A stretch of DNA of 64,000 bases from Euprymna scolopes. Taxonomy: Eukaryota. The notes under the pieces were generated by a model. It saw nothing but the letters and a program-made list of their open reading frames with translations, was not told where the DNA came from and searched no databases. The stretch's first letter is position 1, and every line of letters begins with the position of its first letter. The DNA lies in NCBI GenBank assembly GCA_053919585.1, contig CM132790.1, one strand, 5' to 3'. Made by a program: the position numbers and the translations under genes. Of this stretch, positions 37,400-52,397 are shown piece after piece.

Positions 37400-40300
37400 G
37401 AGAGTAGATAATACACTGAGGTTTTGTAATCGGTAGCTCCAGTAAGTCTCGCTTCTCCTTTTTTGTCCCTCAGTTATCATTTCCAATCAGTGCTTTTTAT
37501 GACAAAGGGTTAAGAAAAAGCTGCTATCCAAGTCTGTATTACTTCGGGAACAGTAGCTCGAGATGTACGAAATTTTTCTGTTTCTATGTCCATCAATATG
37601 CCCACGTCACTAGTAAGGGTGCTGGAGTTAAACGTTTCATCTGGGCTGACGTTACCCGCTTAATAGTCAGGAGGCTGTCCAATCTGCAGGTGTAAAGTAT
37701 TGGGACTGTTGTATTGCCATTTGCTGAATGGATTCTGGACCATGCTGTAGTTTCTGGGGGGATCTTGATGCCATACTAGTTGGTAATTGTTACGGCTTTA
37801 TCTTATCATGTGCTACAAAACCCTTCCTTTCTCTCTCTTACTTTCCCTCTCTATCCTACTCTAACCAAGTCTGTCGTCCTGTTCCACAAACCAAAAAAAA
37901 TCAACATGAAATATCTAAAAAAAACAACTAAAAAACACGACTACACCTACAACCGCATCCTCCAACGTAGACCCCTACTACCATGTCTCCTTCCCCAACA
38001 GCAGGGGTCTACGTTCCAACTTTCCAGAGGTTGAAGCGCAACTACAGGAGACAAAATCGGACTTACTCTTTCTAAGCGAAACTGGCATAGGGCCGACCAC
38101 TTCCCTAGATGATCTCATAATAAAATGATACTCTAATTTAACATCTAAATCTGACCCCCAAGATCGCCATGGACATGGAATATGCGCTTACATTAAATAT
38201 GGGTAGAGATGTCTCCAGAGAAGACCCTAATTTACCAGTATGTGCTTCTGGGTTGCACTTGATAACACCACCGCATTCATATTTGCACTTTATACCCCAC
38301 AAAACAGCGGGGTTACTGTCCTTAACAGTATATCTGAGAAAATTGACCTCATCCTGTCTGCTCATCCTTCGGGTACCATTTAGATTTGCGGTGACTTCAA
38401 TGCCCATAATCTGGAATGGTTGACCCTCTCAAATAAGACTGACGATGAGGGGAGGTTCTGCCATGATATTCCCATTGCCTATGAACTAACTCAGATTGTT
38501 AATGAACCCACCTGTGTGCCCGATACTACTGGTCAGTATGCAAGCCTTCTAGACTTTTTTCTCACAGTTCCCCTTGAGCTATGTTCATGTTCGTTCTATC
38601 ACCTCTGGGATCCTCCGATCACACAGTTGTATCAGTCAAGATAAAAATGAAATTCAATGTCTGCAGATGATCCTCTCCACCGTACTGTATATTGATACTC
38701 TATGGCTGACTGGGATATCTCCCTTACAGTCATATCTGATCAACCTCTGCATTACATGTTAAAAAAAGATGTATCCTCTATAATATCAGATCTTTCCGAA
38801 TGGTTAATTGTAGGCATGGGCCGATTCATACCATCCAAAATGCCCCAACAAAAACCTAACAGCCCGCCATGGTTTTCCACAAAATGTGCTGCTGCAATTG
38901 CGCACAGAAATCTTCACAAGATTTCCAGCTACGGTATAACTGGAAATTTTTTCTCAATCATTTAATCATTTCTCTCCGATAGGCTCATAAGAGTAGTGGT
39001 CGATGGATAAAAAACAGAGGTATGCAGTATTAATGCTGGAGTCCCTCAGTGTTCAATCCTGGGCCCAATTTTCTTTCTGATCTACATCAATTACCTCCCT
39101 AAACACATACTTCAATCATTCGTTGACATCTATGCTAATGGCACGACCATCTACGGCAACACATCAAAGGCTGTAAATGACAAAGTTCTCTCTGATTCTC
39201 TCTCCTCTGATCTCGAGCGCGTGGTTCATTGGGGGAAGACGTGGTTTGTTACCTTAAATGCATCCAAAACAAAACTCCTATCCTTACATGATCAGCGCTC
39301 TGTCCCCATCTGGCACCAATTGGGATGGACGGCTCTCATCTGGAAGAGGCCCAGTGTTTTCAGAAACTTTTGGCTTTGACCTTTACTCCTGATCTGAAAT
39401 GGAACACCTACATCAAGTCTGTTGCCAAGGTCGCTGGAATGATGGTGGGGTCCTTCTACCGCCCCAGAAGATATCTCACTACTGATGCAATTCTCTATCT
39501 ATATAAAAGCCAAGTACGTCCACGGAAGGAATACTGCTGCCATATTTGGGCAGGATCTGCTAAAAGCAGCCTATCCTGCCTTGAGAGTACATACTAGACT
39601 TCGTGGCTTAGTGGGGGATGCCCTTTTCTCTACCTTGCAAGCTCTCTCCCACAGAAGAGACGTTGCAAGCCTATACTTGTTTTATCTTTATTTATCTTTA
39701 TTTCCATGGAAGGTGCTCGTCTGAGCTCCAATCTCTGGTCCCCCCCGCTCCAATCTTTCACAAAAAACACCCGTCTAGCCGAATCCAGTTTGAAAAATTT
39801 CCCCCACTCTTAATATGTGCCTAAATCAAAACGTGGATTCCATGAACAAAGTTTCTTTCTTAGAACTGCACGGCTGTGGAGCTCTGTTCCGTTTGCCTGC
39901 TTCCCACCTGACTACAACTTGGATGTGTTCAAGTCCAACGTTAACAATTTCCTAATGAACTGCACCCTTAAGTAAACACTCCATCAAATCACCACACTAA
40001 CGTAATGTACTTGCAATAACTCTTATCCCTGAGTGGCTTCCGTGCCTTGATGTGGTGACCACTGTGTAAAAAAATCCCTTTTTTAATAGCTACCAAAGTA
40101 ATAGATGGACTGAGTCTAAAGCTGCTTTCAAGACTGCCAGCAACCCCTGTAAAAAGTAATAAAAAGACAAGAGAACTATATGTTCAGTCCGTTAAATCCA
40201 AAGTAGCTGAGCAGCGGCTTGCTTCCCACCAGTTTTGGCATATAGCAAACAGGATCCTGAACTATTGCGTGTGTTCCTGCCCAACCATGATAAATATACC

Positions 40301-42061
40301 TGAGGTCATCTCATCGGCATCAGACAAGGCCAAACTATTCGCCAAGAACTTTGCAGCTAACTCTACCCTATGCGACGAAGGGCACTAACTCCCCGTATTT
40401 CCTCCTACAGTAGACAACACCTTATCCAACATACATATATCTGTGCACGAGGTCACTAAACAAATCAAGAACGTCGATTCCAGTAAAGCAACTGGCCCTG
40501 ACGGCATTCCAATTTAGTGTTGAAAAAGCTTTGACCAGAACTTACCCCCATACTTACGTTGCCGTAAGGGGAATTGCTTTCCAACACACTGGAAAACCTC
40601 GTCATTATGTCTTGTATTTAAGAACTCATGTGATAAGTCATCCCCCCTCAGTTAGACCAATAATCTCCCGTGTATCATGAGTAAGTTGTTGGAATCAATA
40701 TTAAAAGAGAAGTAGTCAACCACCTCAGCAGAAATAACCTCCTTAGTGACATGAAATAAGGTTTCCGTTCTGCTAGATCTACAGCTGATGTGCTAACAGG
40801 TGTATACTATAGGATTAGTGAATCTCTCGAAAAGGCAATTGCTCTTGACACATCAAAGCCCTTCGATAAGGTTTGGCATAAGGGATTACTTCACAAGATT
40901 TCCAACTAGGGTATAACTGGAAATGTTTTCTCAATAATTAAATCATTTCTCTCTGATAGGTTCATAAGAGTAGTGGTTGGTGGGCAGCAATCAGAGACTC
41001 ACAGTAGTAATGCTGGAGTCCCCCGGTGTCCATCCTGGGCCCAACTCTCTTCCTGATCTACATCAATGATCTCCCAAAACACATACTTAAATCATTCGCT
41101 GATATCTATGCTGATGACACGATCATCTACGGAAACACATCAAAGGCCGTAAACGACAAGGCTCTCTCTGATTCCCTCTCCTTTGATCTTGAACCCGTGG
41201 TCCAGTGGGGGAAGAGATGGCTGCTTACATTTAATGTATCACAAATCAAGTTCCTAACTTTACATCATCAACGCTCTGTTCCTCGTGTAACCTTAATTGA
41301 AATGGATGGCTCTCGTCTTGGGGAGACTGCATGTTTGACAAGCTTCTGAGTTTGACCTTTACTCCTGATCTGAAATGGAACACGTATATAAAGTCTGTTG
41401 CCCGGGTCGCTGGGAAAATGATAGGATCATTCTACGCTGCAGAAGATATCTCACTACTGATGCAATTCTCTATCTCTATTAAAGCCAAGTACGTCCAAAT
41501 ATGGAGTACTGTTGCACCATCTGGGCTGGAGCTTCAAAAAACAGCCTACCCTGTCTGGCCAAGCTATAAGATAGACTTCGTGGGTTAGTGGGGGATGCTC
41601 TATTCTTTTCCATGCAACCTCTCTCCCACAGAAGAGACATTACGATTCTTTCTTTGTTCTATCGTTATTTTCAATGCAAGTCTCGTCCGAGCTCCAATCT
41701 CTGGTCCTCCTCGCCCATCCTTCATGATAAACCCCAGTCTAGCTAAAACCACTGTCAGTAATTCCCCCCACACTTTATATGTGCCGTAATCAATATTTAG
41801 ATCCCATGAACATAGCTTTTTTCTTGCACGCCTGTGGAATTCTCTTCCGTTTGCCTGTTACCCACCTGACTACAACTTGGGCGTCTTCAAGTTCAACATA
41901 AACAAATTCCTTATTAATCGCCACCTAAAGTAAGACACTTTATCATATCTCCTATAACAACTATTACTACGATATTATCCCATTGATCATTTTACACAAA
42001 ATAACCCTTACCCCCGAGTGGCTTGCAGCCCTTGATAAGTGGTGATCCGCATGTAAAAAAA
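37400..42061 (+). mobile_element. Near full-length degenerate APE-RT LINE (main family); 5' boundary uncertain
   Basis: APE motifs (NSRGLRSNF, LLFLSETG, GDFNAH, LTQIVNEPT, LGSSDH), KPNSPPWF, KATGPDGI, RT and 3' tail. Confidence 0.9.
38913..40076 (+). mobile_element. 5'-truncated LINE copy inserted into its own family member
   Basis: Host breaks at gcgcacagaaatc and resumes after the A-tail at aaatcccttt..gtaataga. The uninterrupted version is at 60947-60990. TSD aaatc. Confidence 0.9.
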
Positions 42062-42223
42062 TAGTCTAGAGTAATAAATAAATAAATACAAAGAAGGCAA
42101 CTCTTCGAAATTTTATGTATATAATGCGTTCTTCGGTATTGTTTAACCTCGCGCTCTTTTTTTAAAATTATATTGGCACTCTGGATGCATATTTATCTGT
42201 ATTACATTCTGTCCCATATCCCT

Positions 42224-42277
<54 letters not shown>

Positions 42278-43049
42278 CATTCTCTGTGTCATTCTTGTTG
42301 TCTCTTCGTTCATATATTTTTCAGAAGAAGGAGAAAGTAATAATATATTTTGCTGATTAGGATATTATAAAGAAAACAGGGTACACCTGGTTGTAGTAAT
42401 ACCATTTGAAAAATATGAAAAAAATATATAAGATACAGATTATGATGATAAAATAAATAAATGAAAAACTCAAAAAGATCTGCTGAAACTGAGTAAAGTG
42501 TGCAATGTATAAGTTTTTATTTAAATACTACTCGTATATTTCTTTCTATTTCACAAAATTTTTGCTGCAAACCGGATAGGATTTATGATATTTTGAAAAC
42601 CGCGCAGTTTTATAGATCCTCACCTATAGGCGTTGACAGAAAAACGTTTATTTCGTTGTGTTTTTATATGACATTTTTTCAGTTTGCACTGGAAAAGATT
42701 TTATATTTTTCTCTTCTCTTAGCAATATTTATAGTTTCCGCATGTTTTTCACAGGGTATTTTATCCACTTGTACAAAATATACCTTGCACTTAAAATATC
42801 CTCGTATAAGAAAAAACGAAATTAAATTTTCTATGCAAAATGAGAAGAACAAAGACAAACAAAAATAAACACTAGACAACAATATGCGTGCATAGCGAAA
42901 TATAATCATAATTTAATTTAATTTAATAAAAAAGCAATTTTTAAATAATATTTTATGAATGTATCTTTTTGTTTTCAGAAGCTTTTAAATTGTAGCATTA
43001 GCTCCCTTAAGTCGGAGGAGTTTAAAATTTATCCTTAAATAAAGGTTTA

Positions 43050-43700
43050 TTTTTAAAGATTTTTAAGATCAGTAGTGTACATCGAGAGCATTGTCACGGT
43101 TGCTGCAAAGTAGGTGGGCTCCCACTATCATGATAGAAAGTTAATTACACTAGAAATTATCCTGCACATGTACCAGGGAACCTTTCGGCCTTGTATAGAC
43201 TATTGTTGCTACATTATGACTGGCATATCTGCTGAAAATCTCTCACTCATTGACTAGTGTAAAAAGATAGTCACCGACCTAATAGGTCCTAGATTGTCAG
43301 CTAGCCTGCAGCCTCGGCCAATCGACTAAATGTTGAATCCCGCTGTCTTTTAAAAATATTTCCATAGTATGTACTCCGATAAACTAGAAGCCATTGTACC
43401 CCTTCGACGTAAATATCCTCGAAAACCTGAGAATTTATCATTTACACAGTAGAGATCCCCAGATGCTAGAAAGATTAACACTCTAATATTTTCCTTCCCA
43501 GAACTGCTAGACTCTGAAATTTCCTTCCGAGTTACTGCTTCACCGACTACACTAACATGAAGAAGTTCAAGTGTAATGTAAACAAATATATTGCTTTTCA
43601 ACTCTCTACATTGTATCCTGGCAATTTATGGGCCAGATAGTAGCAACCCACACCAAAGTTGCACTGGGCCTTGCTTGGTATTAAAATGCAATTAAAATTA
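43050..43700 (+). mobile_element. Degenerate 3' part of a related LINE subfamily
   Basis: YQGTFRPCIDYCCYI; similar to 47280-47830 (aataggtcct, agagatcccagatg, agaagttcaagtgtaa). Confidence 0.7.
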
Positions 43701-44699
43701 GATCTAGTAGAGAAATTAGCATGTAGGAATCGTATAATTAACTAACATATAATATATAAAGCCATAAAAAGTGTGTGTTTCTGTGTTTCTGTGTGTGTGT
43801 GTATTGGGATAAAAAATGCATATACAGTTCTTACTATGCGTACTATATTGTTCAAAGAAGATCACGTGGGACAGTGGTTACAGTTTCTGGAAATATACGA
43901 TTGTAAATTAATATTTTCTTAAAGCTTACGCCTTTCATGTAAACTTCTCAGTAACTTGAAGTAATGGTGTTGGCAAACATTGGAAAACATAAAATTATTC
44001 AAAGAATAAAACTTGGAAAATCATTTATGATTAAGTGGCCCGTTTATAACTTTGTTCAGCCTGATTTACAGTATATATATCATCTCCACATTTGCATATT
44101 TTTATACTCAGTATATGAATTAATAGAAACACTATACGACAAATCTAAGAACCATCTTAACGATCTTAATTTTTGTAAGAACGCACTGATAGAGAAAAAT
44201 ATATTAAAAATATGCAAATGAAAAATTACAACAATTTATTATTCGAGAAGGAATACAATTTGAGAACTAAAAATCTTTCAGTAGAGATGAAGAGAAAATA
44301 AGCCACATTTCAAAACTTAAGGAACATTTTAATTTACAACTTGTATTCCTTGTCGAATATTACAATTAAATCGTTAAAAAGGATATCCATAACATGTTCC
44401 ATCCCATAATTTGACATATCGTACAATGTCGTTCGTGTCGGAGACGATTAAAAGCTCAGTTACTTGGACTTTTATAATATTATATTATACAGTAACATCC
44501 CGGGATAGAGTGACCCTAGGATACGAGTTTTGAGGGTACGATGCGGAATACGATGTTTTTCTCTAGACGCTGATTACGGCATTTACCCCGAGTTACGATG
44601 TAATTCATAATATTATTTAATTATATGCATATGTATTAAATCCTGCACTGTGTTTTATTACTAATTTGAAACGACGTGCCCCTGTGCCATCTGTATATT

Positions 44700-45539
44700 A
44701 ATATCTTTCGGAATTGTTCCTAGCACTCCTACTATTATCTGTACGATTTTGATTTTCTTCATCATCTAAATACCTTTTAACTCTCAGACTAGCTCTGTGT
44801 ATTTGCTTCGTTTCTACTTTGCTTTCATACTCACCCTGTGGTCAGCTGGGACAGCAAAGTCTATGATTTGACAGGATTTTTCTTTCTTTTTAATTATTAC
44901 GACATCTGGTCTTCTTGCTTGGATGGGTTTGTCCGTCCGTATGTCCATGCCCATAGGATTTTGCGGTTCTCGTTTTCGAGTATTGTTGCGAGTTTATGCT
45001 TGTACCATTCACTTACTATATGGTTTATCGTTTCGTCTCTTTGTCCACACTGACTGCATTTGCTGTTTTCTTGTGTTTTATCGATTCTTGCTTTGCTATG
45101 GTTGGTTCTTATCGACTTTTCTTGTGCTTCAGTCATTAGAGATTCAGTTTCTCGGTGTATATGTAATTTTCCCACCCATGTCAAGGTGTTTTCGTTACTC
45201 TCATCTTTTGGAATTCTTATGAATCTTCCGTGGAGTTGTTTCTCTTCCCACTTCTCTTTTCTCGTGTTGTCATTTGCCTCTCTGTTTTCTGCGTTGTTGT
45301 TTTTTTTTTTCTGTGTCTCTCGCTGCCATAATTATCCTTTCAGTGTTTATTAGTGTATCTAGCTCCTTTTCGGTCTTTTCAAAAAAGTTTCAGATCGTCC
45401 ATGTACATCAGGTGGTTCAATTTTGTTCCTCTGTATTGGAGAACTTGTATCCGGCTTGGCACTTTCTCAGAATAATGTTCAAGGGCATCATCGCTATGAT
45501 GAACAGTAGTTGTGAGAGCGAATCTCCTTAGAAGATGCC
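44700..45539 (-). mobile_element. Internally deleted R4/Dong-like (RLE-type) non-LTR retrotransposon
   Basis: LNHLMYMDDLKLF; ETESLMTEAQEKSIRTN; knuckle CSQCGQRDETINHIVSE; ILENENRKILW. Confidence 0.85.
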
Positions 45540-45700
45540 NNNNNNNNNNNNNNNNNNNNNNNNNNNNNNNNNNNNNNNNNNNNNNNNNNNNNNNNNNNNN
45601 NNNNNNNNNNNNNNNNNNNNNNNNNNNNNNNNNNNNNNNNNNNNNNNNNNNNNNNNNNNNNNNNNNNNNNNNNNNNNNNNNNNNNNNNNNNNNNNNNNNN

Positions 45701-46600
45701 AGAATTAGTAGTATAATCCAACCATAAGAACTCACCACGCTATTCGTCCACATCCTCATTTTAGTTTTCTCTGCATCAACCACTATCGACTTTTTCCCCT
45801 ATATTTATACTTTTGCCTTACACTTCAACCCTCCTTCCTGTCTACATTATAAGAGGGCAACCTTAGGAGTATTATCTAATATATTCAACTTTTCAAATGC
45901 ATTATCATAACTTCCTCCTTTAACTCACCTACGGGCCTTTCCTGATATAACTAAAATACCACTCTAGTACACGACGTCCTAGATAATGCATCATACCAAC
46001 ATAATTAATTCTCACAGCATCACACTATAACAATAGTCTTCTTATATGTCATGCTGGGATTACCGTTATTTTTGTTCAATCCTACTTAATTCATCATCAT
46101 AATATTTCGCCTAACATTATACACTTTCGCAATGTGCTGTTGTCATCTCGGTTCCATACATCGATAAAAAAAACTGTATATATTCTAAACATTTTACACA
46201 GGATAAAATATGATCACAACCTCTCCACTCCCATACTTCCCTTTGAGTCTTAAAACATCAACTACCTCCAGTTTGGATTATGATAGAAACCATATACTCT
46301 TTTTTACATTACACTTTATACGCTCCTTCTCTATCTAAGAATTCGATATAATTCCCCCCCCCACGACATCAATATTACATTGATTTATTTCGCTCCTGAC
46401 GAAGTCCACGCAAGACGTCGCATTCCCATTATGTTACCTAGCATCTTCTATAATCTTTCCCTAAATAAATGTTAGTATACTTTATTAAATACATGACTTA
46501 TTCTATATTCAGCAATATATAGTTTTGTGACTTCCTTTTCCAACATTATTGTTTTCCTATATAAGCTCCAATGAAATTTGTTTAGCTTTATAATAACCCG
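45701..46600 (-). mobile_element. Very degenerate RTE-like LINE remnant
   Basis: Minus-strand RGLRQ, MYGTEM and RRVLEW fragments occur in the expected order. Confidence 0.4.
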
Positions 46601-46645
46601 ATGAGTCTTTTATCGAATTGAATTTACTCTATTCTCCTAACTCTT

Positions 46646-46726
<81 letters not shown>

Positions 46727-46830
46727 TATATTCACCACGTATATCTAATTATATGTGATAAAATTTACATGAAAAAATATAGAAACACACAATATATATT
46801 CATATATACAATCTTAATTCATATATAGGA

Positions 46831-46901
<71 letters not shown>

Positions 46902-46904
46902 CAT

Positions 46905-47833
46905 TCAGGTTTGAGGTGCTCAAAAGTCAGAACTTTTTGCGTCTAGAAGTTCCAGGTCGCCTGATGCAGTCTCTTTGACTGAAACAGATGACTATTTGTA
47001 GCGACTANNNNNNNNNNNNNNNNNNNNNNNNNNNNNNNNNNNNNNNNNNNNNNNNNNNNNNNNNNNNNNNNNNNNNNNNNNNNNNNNNNNNNNNNNNNNN
47101 NNNNNNNNNNNNNNNNNNNNNNNNNNNNNNNNNNNNNNNNNNNNNNNNNNNNNNNNNNNNNNNNNNNNNNNNNNNNNNNNNNNNNNNNNNNNNNNNNNNN
47201 NNNNNNNNNNNNNNNNNCTGAAAGTACATCTTTTTAAACTCCTCGGCCTTACGTTCACAGGAAACATGAGTTGGAACAATTACATTAAGTGTATTGCCGG
47301 GAAAGCTTCGAAGAAGATAGGTTATCTGTACCGTGCTAGAAAGCTACTAACTCCCGAATGTATCCTATAACTCTAAAAGGCAACCATTCGCTCATGTATG
47401 TAGTAGTCTTGTCATATTTCGGCTGGTGCATCAAAAGATAGTTGCCAATCTGATAGGTCCTGAGCCGTCATATAAGCGTCAGCCGTTGTCCTATCGACGA
47501 AATGTTATATCCCTCTGCCTGTTCTATAAGTACTTTAACGATGAATGGTCTTACGAACTGCAAGCACTTATGCCTCACGCGACGTAAATAGCCCCGACAC
47601 ACTAGACAAGCTGCAAAATCCCAACCCTTCAGAGTAGAGGTCCCTAGATGTAAGAGAACGTTCTACTCCAGAAGTTTCTTCCCCAGAACCGCTGGATTTT
47701 GGAACTCCCTTCCGGATATCTGCTTCCGCAACTGTACTGACATGCAGAAGTTAAAGTGTAACCTGAACCGACATCTTGCTGCCAACACCCTCGACAGTAC
47801 TTCTGATGCTTATAACACTGAAAGTAACCCATA

Positions 47834-47835
<2 letters not shown>
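46905..47835 (+). mobile_element. LINE 3' half (related subfamily) between (TA)n tracts
   Basis: KLLGLTFTGNMSWNNYIKCIAGKASKKIGYLYRARK; FLPRTAGFWNSLP; KLKCNLNRHL. Confidence 0.85.
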
Positions 47836-47901
<66 letters not shown>

Positions 47902-48164
47902 CACAGAGCCCGTCTACCGACCGTTGCCCAATGAAACAATACACCTCTTCTCATAAAAAAATATGTTCGCTTTAAATTATTATTTTTTATGTTTTAATTG
48001 TTGTAGTTTGTCACCAACACTTTACCTCCAAATTCAAAAACAATTTATCCGAATAGTCACTATCATCCTCTTCATGTTTAATATAAAAGTATACGTACGT
48101 ACATATCTGATTATGAGTGTTAAATAATTTTGTAATGTGTTTAATAGTCATTCACGTATTGCTT

Positions 48165-48635
48165 TGTGTACAGTGATTGACCATATTTGTACAGAGCTGA
48201 TCTGTTAGTTTTTGTAAGAAGGTGTGTATTCTGGAATAATATATGTATGCTCTCAGCCAATGAGAATAGCCAGAATCTAAGTAGAAAACTATTATTGTAC
48301 GAATAGAAAAGTGGAAAGTAATCCTATGTCTACGAGTGTATGATCAAGTTACAAAGGGGTTATGCCTATATAGTGGTTATGTATATATAAATTCCCGGTT
48401 TGTACTGAAGGATGTTGGAAATTTTAGATTTAGTGGGAAAAAGGGAAACTACTTCGTCTATAGATTGTGAGATTGTGATGCTCCTGCTCTAAGAGTGTAC
48501 ACTAGGATTTTATTATAACGACTGCGTGTAATACGTCGTTCTTAACTTATATGAAATAGTGGCATATAATGTAGACAAAATAAATCTGTTTGCGATATAT
48601 GTTGCTGAAAACTACAATATTTTGGTCAAGAGGGG
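48165..48635 (+). mobile_element. Possible degenerate LTR, related to 5919-6450
   Basis: Shared colinear blocks with the first copy; ends actacaatattttggtc (TGG, PBS-like). Confidence 0.35.
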
Positions 48636-49166
48636 AATTTCTGAAATAATATTTTATATAGTATATAAACCACATGATTATTCAACATGAAATAAAAGTC
48701 ATTGTATGGCTTCAAAATTAAACGATCACTGACTATTGTACGGTTATATAACTAATGAATAAACTAATTTGCTTTTGTGTGTTGTTACTTGTTGCCTTAG
48801 TGCAATGGCTTAAAACTGTACCTATTGCAGAAATAACATTTTACATGGAATTACTTTCTCTTTATTTGGGGCAAAATGATATTTTACTAATTATACATCC
48901 ACAATTCGTTGAGGAAATATCATAATGTTTGTGGAGAGATTTTCTAAAAAAATCTGAGAAAATGAAACATTCATAAATCCTTCCTAAACACATTACATTA
49001 TAATACATTATAAATGGATACACCTAACACAACACACATTAGATGAAACGTATACATAACACATATTAATAACTCCTATATATTTCATCATTCGTTACGA
49101 GCACTTTATTATTAAGGGATATTTTATATAAATACAAACGAACAAATATCTGCACAATTTTCAATT

Positions 49167-49219
<53 letters not shown>

Positions 49220-49319
49220 ATATATATATATTTAAGAGATTTTGACAGTATTTATTGTCATAGTCAATAATTATTATTATTAAAATGATAGATATTATTT
49301 TAATATATATAGTATATTA

Positions 49320-50520
49320 CTAGCAAGGGCATCCGGAGTTGCTCGGTACCGTGTAAAGAAAAAACATTTAAGATATCTGTTATTCTCAGGATAAAGAAAT
49401 TTTGATGTCTATGTATTATTGACCATCTTGAACAAAGGAATATTTTACGTATCCATGGACCGGTATTATATGTATGAGATAATTGTACGTTCCTTAGAAC
49501 AGGAAATTTAGAGAACATGGAAATAAATCCTTGCCTTGGGTGGGTAATACATATTCAAAATAATTTAAATAATTTTCTGATTAGCAAACTTTTCTGTATA
49601 TCACATGTAAGAGTTTTGTTTTTACATCAGAGTGCTATAGTGAAGAATAACATTATTTCTGATTTAACATTATATTACCTGAACACATTACATGTTTTGG
49701 TGTTTTGCACGTCAGAGGTAGGATTTGCTTTATTTTTCTATACGAGTATTATACTGCACATGTACCTTATTTATTGGGTAGGATTATGTACAGATACTTT
49801 ATTATAAAGATATAGATGAAACTACTCGATAATTTTACATAATTTTCTGTTGTGCTAACTTTTCCGTGTGTCACAGGTGAGTTTGCTTGCTTTTACATCA
49901 GAGTGATATAGTGAAGAATCACCTTATTTCTTATATAAATGTCATACTACTGGAATATATTACATGATTTTCGGTTTTGATTAGTTTTATGTACGTCGTA
50001 AGTAAAATCTCCTTTGTTTTTCACATAGGTACTATACTGAACAAGTACGTTATTTCTTAGATAGGATACAGAACAAGTACTTTTTTTCTTTTGTAAGATA
50101 CCGTACAAGTCCCTTTTTCTTATTTATACTTAAAGGACTCAATACATTTATGAACTGTTCTGTTGTGCTAAATGTGGTAGATCAGGGGTTAAGAATTTGT
50201 TTTTTTAATCTGGGTGTTGTAGTGAAGAAGCACATTTGTTTTTAGGTGTAAGTAATACTACTTGAGTATTAAACGAGATTTAACAGTTTTAATAACTCAT
50301 GTACGTCACAGTGAATATATTTTTTGTTTTTTCATGTGGTTACTATGCTGCACAAGTACCTTATTTCTTGGGTATGATACTGTGTCTGTATCTTATTTCT
50401 AACATGAAGATGAAACTACTCGATCATTTTACATAAGTTTTTCATATGAGTACCATACTGTAAAATGCCTTATTATTGGATAGAACTACTTGTACACATA
50501 AATACCTTAACAAAGTAAGT
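49320..50520 (-). mobile_element. Non-autonomous Helitron (3' end clear) with three ~270-310 bp internal repeats
   Basis: Minus strand ccgagcaactccgg hairpin then cccttgCTAG|T; tagtgaagaa recurs at ~49637, 49909 and 50220. 5' end not found. Confidence 0.7.
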
Positions 50521-52341
50521 GAACATTTTATGTGATTTTTGGAATGTGACATCTATAGACATTTAAAAACCTATACATTACAAAAAATCCATAATAGTCA
50601 GTTAATTAATTGTGTAGTTGATCCAAGCCAGAAAAAGATATATTATATACACATAATTAAAATTATTAATGATATGNNNNNNNNNNNNNNNNNNNNNNNN
50701 NNNNNNNNNNNNNNNNNNNNNNNNNNNNNNNNNNNNNNNNNNNNNNNNNNNNNNNNNNNNNNNNNNNNNNNNNNNNNNNNNNNNNNNNNNNNNNNNNNNN
50801 NNNNNNNNNNNNNNNNNNNNNNNNNNNNNNNNNNNNNNNNNTGATTTGTTCACTCGTTTAGGAGTGAATCAATACATAAAAATACACAGATATACATACA
50901 GGAATAATATCAATAATGGCATAAAAATTAATAATGATCGGTTAATTAATGAGGAGCGAATCAAACACACAAATATACAGACATATACACGTAATTAAAA
51001 TTCATAATGATCGGTTAAATAGTTTAGTAATGAATTCAATACTAAATACCATTACTGTAACTATTTTATTGGAATGTAAAAATAAAGCGATATATAATGC
51101 ATCCTATGTATTTGGATTATGGCAGTTTCGTTATGTACAGCAAATACATTTTCTGTATTTTTTATATATAAATGTTCTTTTATAATTATTACGTAACATT
51201 TAAACTAAAAAAATGGTGAAGCGCGAACCCGCAGTATTAACAATCGATGACGCTACGCATGGCACCAAAGAATAACTGCGTTAAAAATCCGGCAAATTTA
51301 ATAAATAAACAAAACTCTCTTACAGATCGTGCGCATGCGCAAACGACGCCATTATCGCTATGCTCGTTGTCATTTCATTCAATCTGAAACCTTTTTTTGC
51401 TTCCGTAAGCAACTGTTTTAATCAATTAAACACCCCTAATAAAGGTCTGCACCCTATATGCAATCTTTTTAGCTACTGCATGCCGTCAAACGACCATCCG
51501 TCTAGGAGGAGATACAATTTACAAACGGAGACACACACACATAAATAGTGAGATCTATATTAGTACATATATATATAAATATATATATGTGTGTGTGCAT
51601 GTATGTATATATATATATATATATGTACTCAAATATCTGTAGAAATATAATAATTTCAGTATAGTATAAATATATTTAAAGTTCACACGTTAACACGAGT
51701 CGTATCTCAAATTATCTGGTTATACGTAGCTCATTCAAGGAACGTTATCAGATAAACGAAGTGTGATTTCAGGAAAAAAAACAATACTATTCGCTATCTT
51801 GATTTACTGAACCTAGCATTAAACAAAAACTCGATAAAATAGTAGTATATGATGTTTTTAAAAGATAAAAATTGTAATGCTTTTATAAGTGCAACAAAAT
51901 GTTATTACCGATTAGATCTTTAATATATGTTTTTTATTATTTTGCGAAAATAAGAAAAAATCTAAAGATACCATATTATTATAGGTTTACCTTAACATGT
52001 AACACCAAAAGTATTCTTATTTACACATGGCGTATATGTAAACGCTTCTTAACATGATAATAGAGTGTGGTGTCAACTGACATCTACCGTTTTAGGGGAG
52101 AAAAACCGTTTTTGTCATTATCCTGATATTTGCGGGTACTTATTTTGTTTCTTCACTTTCATACTTAAATCTTATTTCAACATTATTTATTATTATGTGT
52201 TATTTGTATTCTATGGAGTACTCTTCTTGTGTGTTACATTTCAAATGAGTCTTTTCTATATTAATATAAATATGATGATGTGTGGAGTCAATACTCTTAG
52301 TTTAAATAATTCACTAGTTTCTCTCTCTCTCTCCCTCTCTT

Positions 52342-52397
<56 letters not shown>

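Noticed and set aside
46394-46425. ctgacgaagtc..gac hammerhead-like string
   Set aside because: No GAAA; better explained as the antisense of the RT motif GLRQ.
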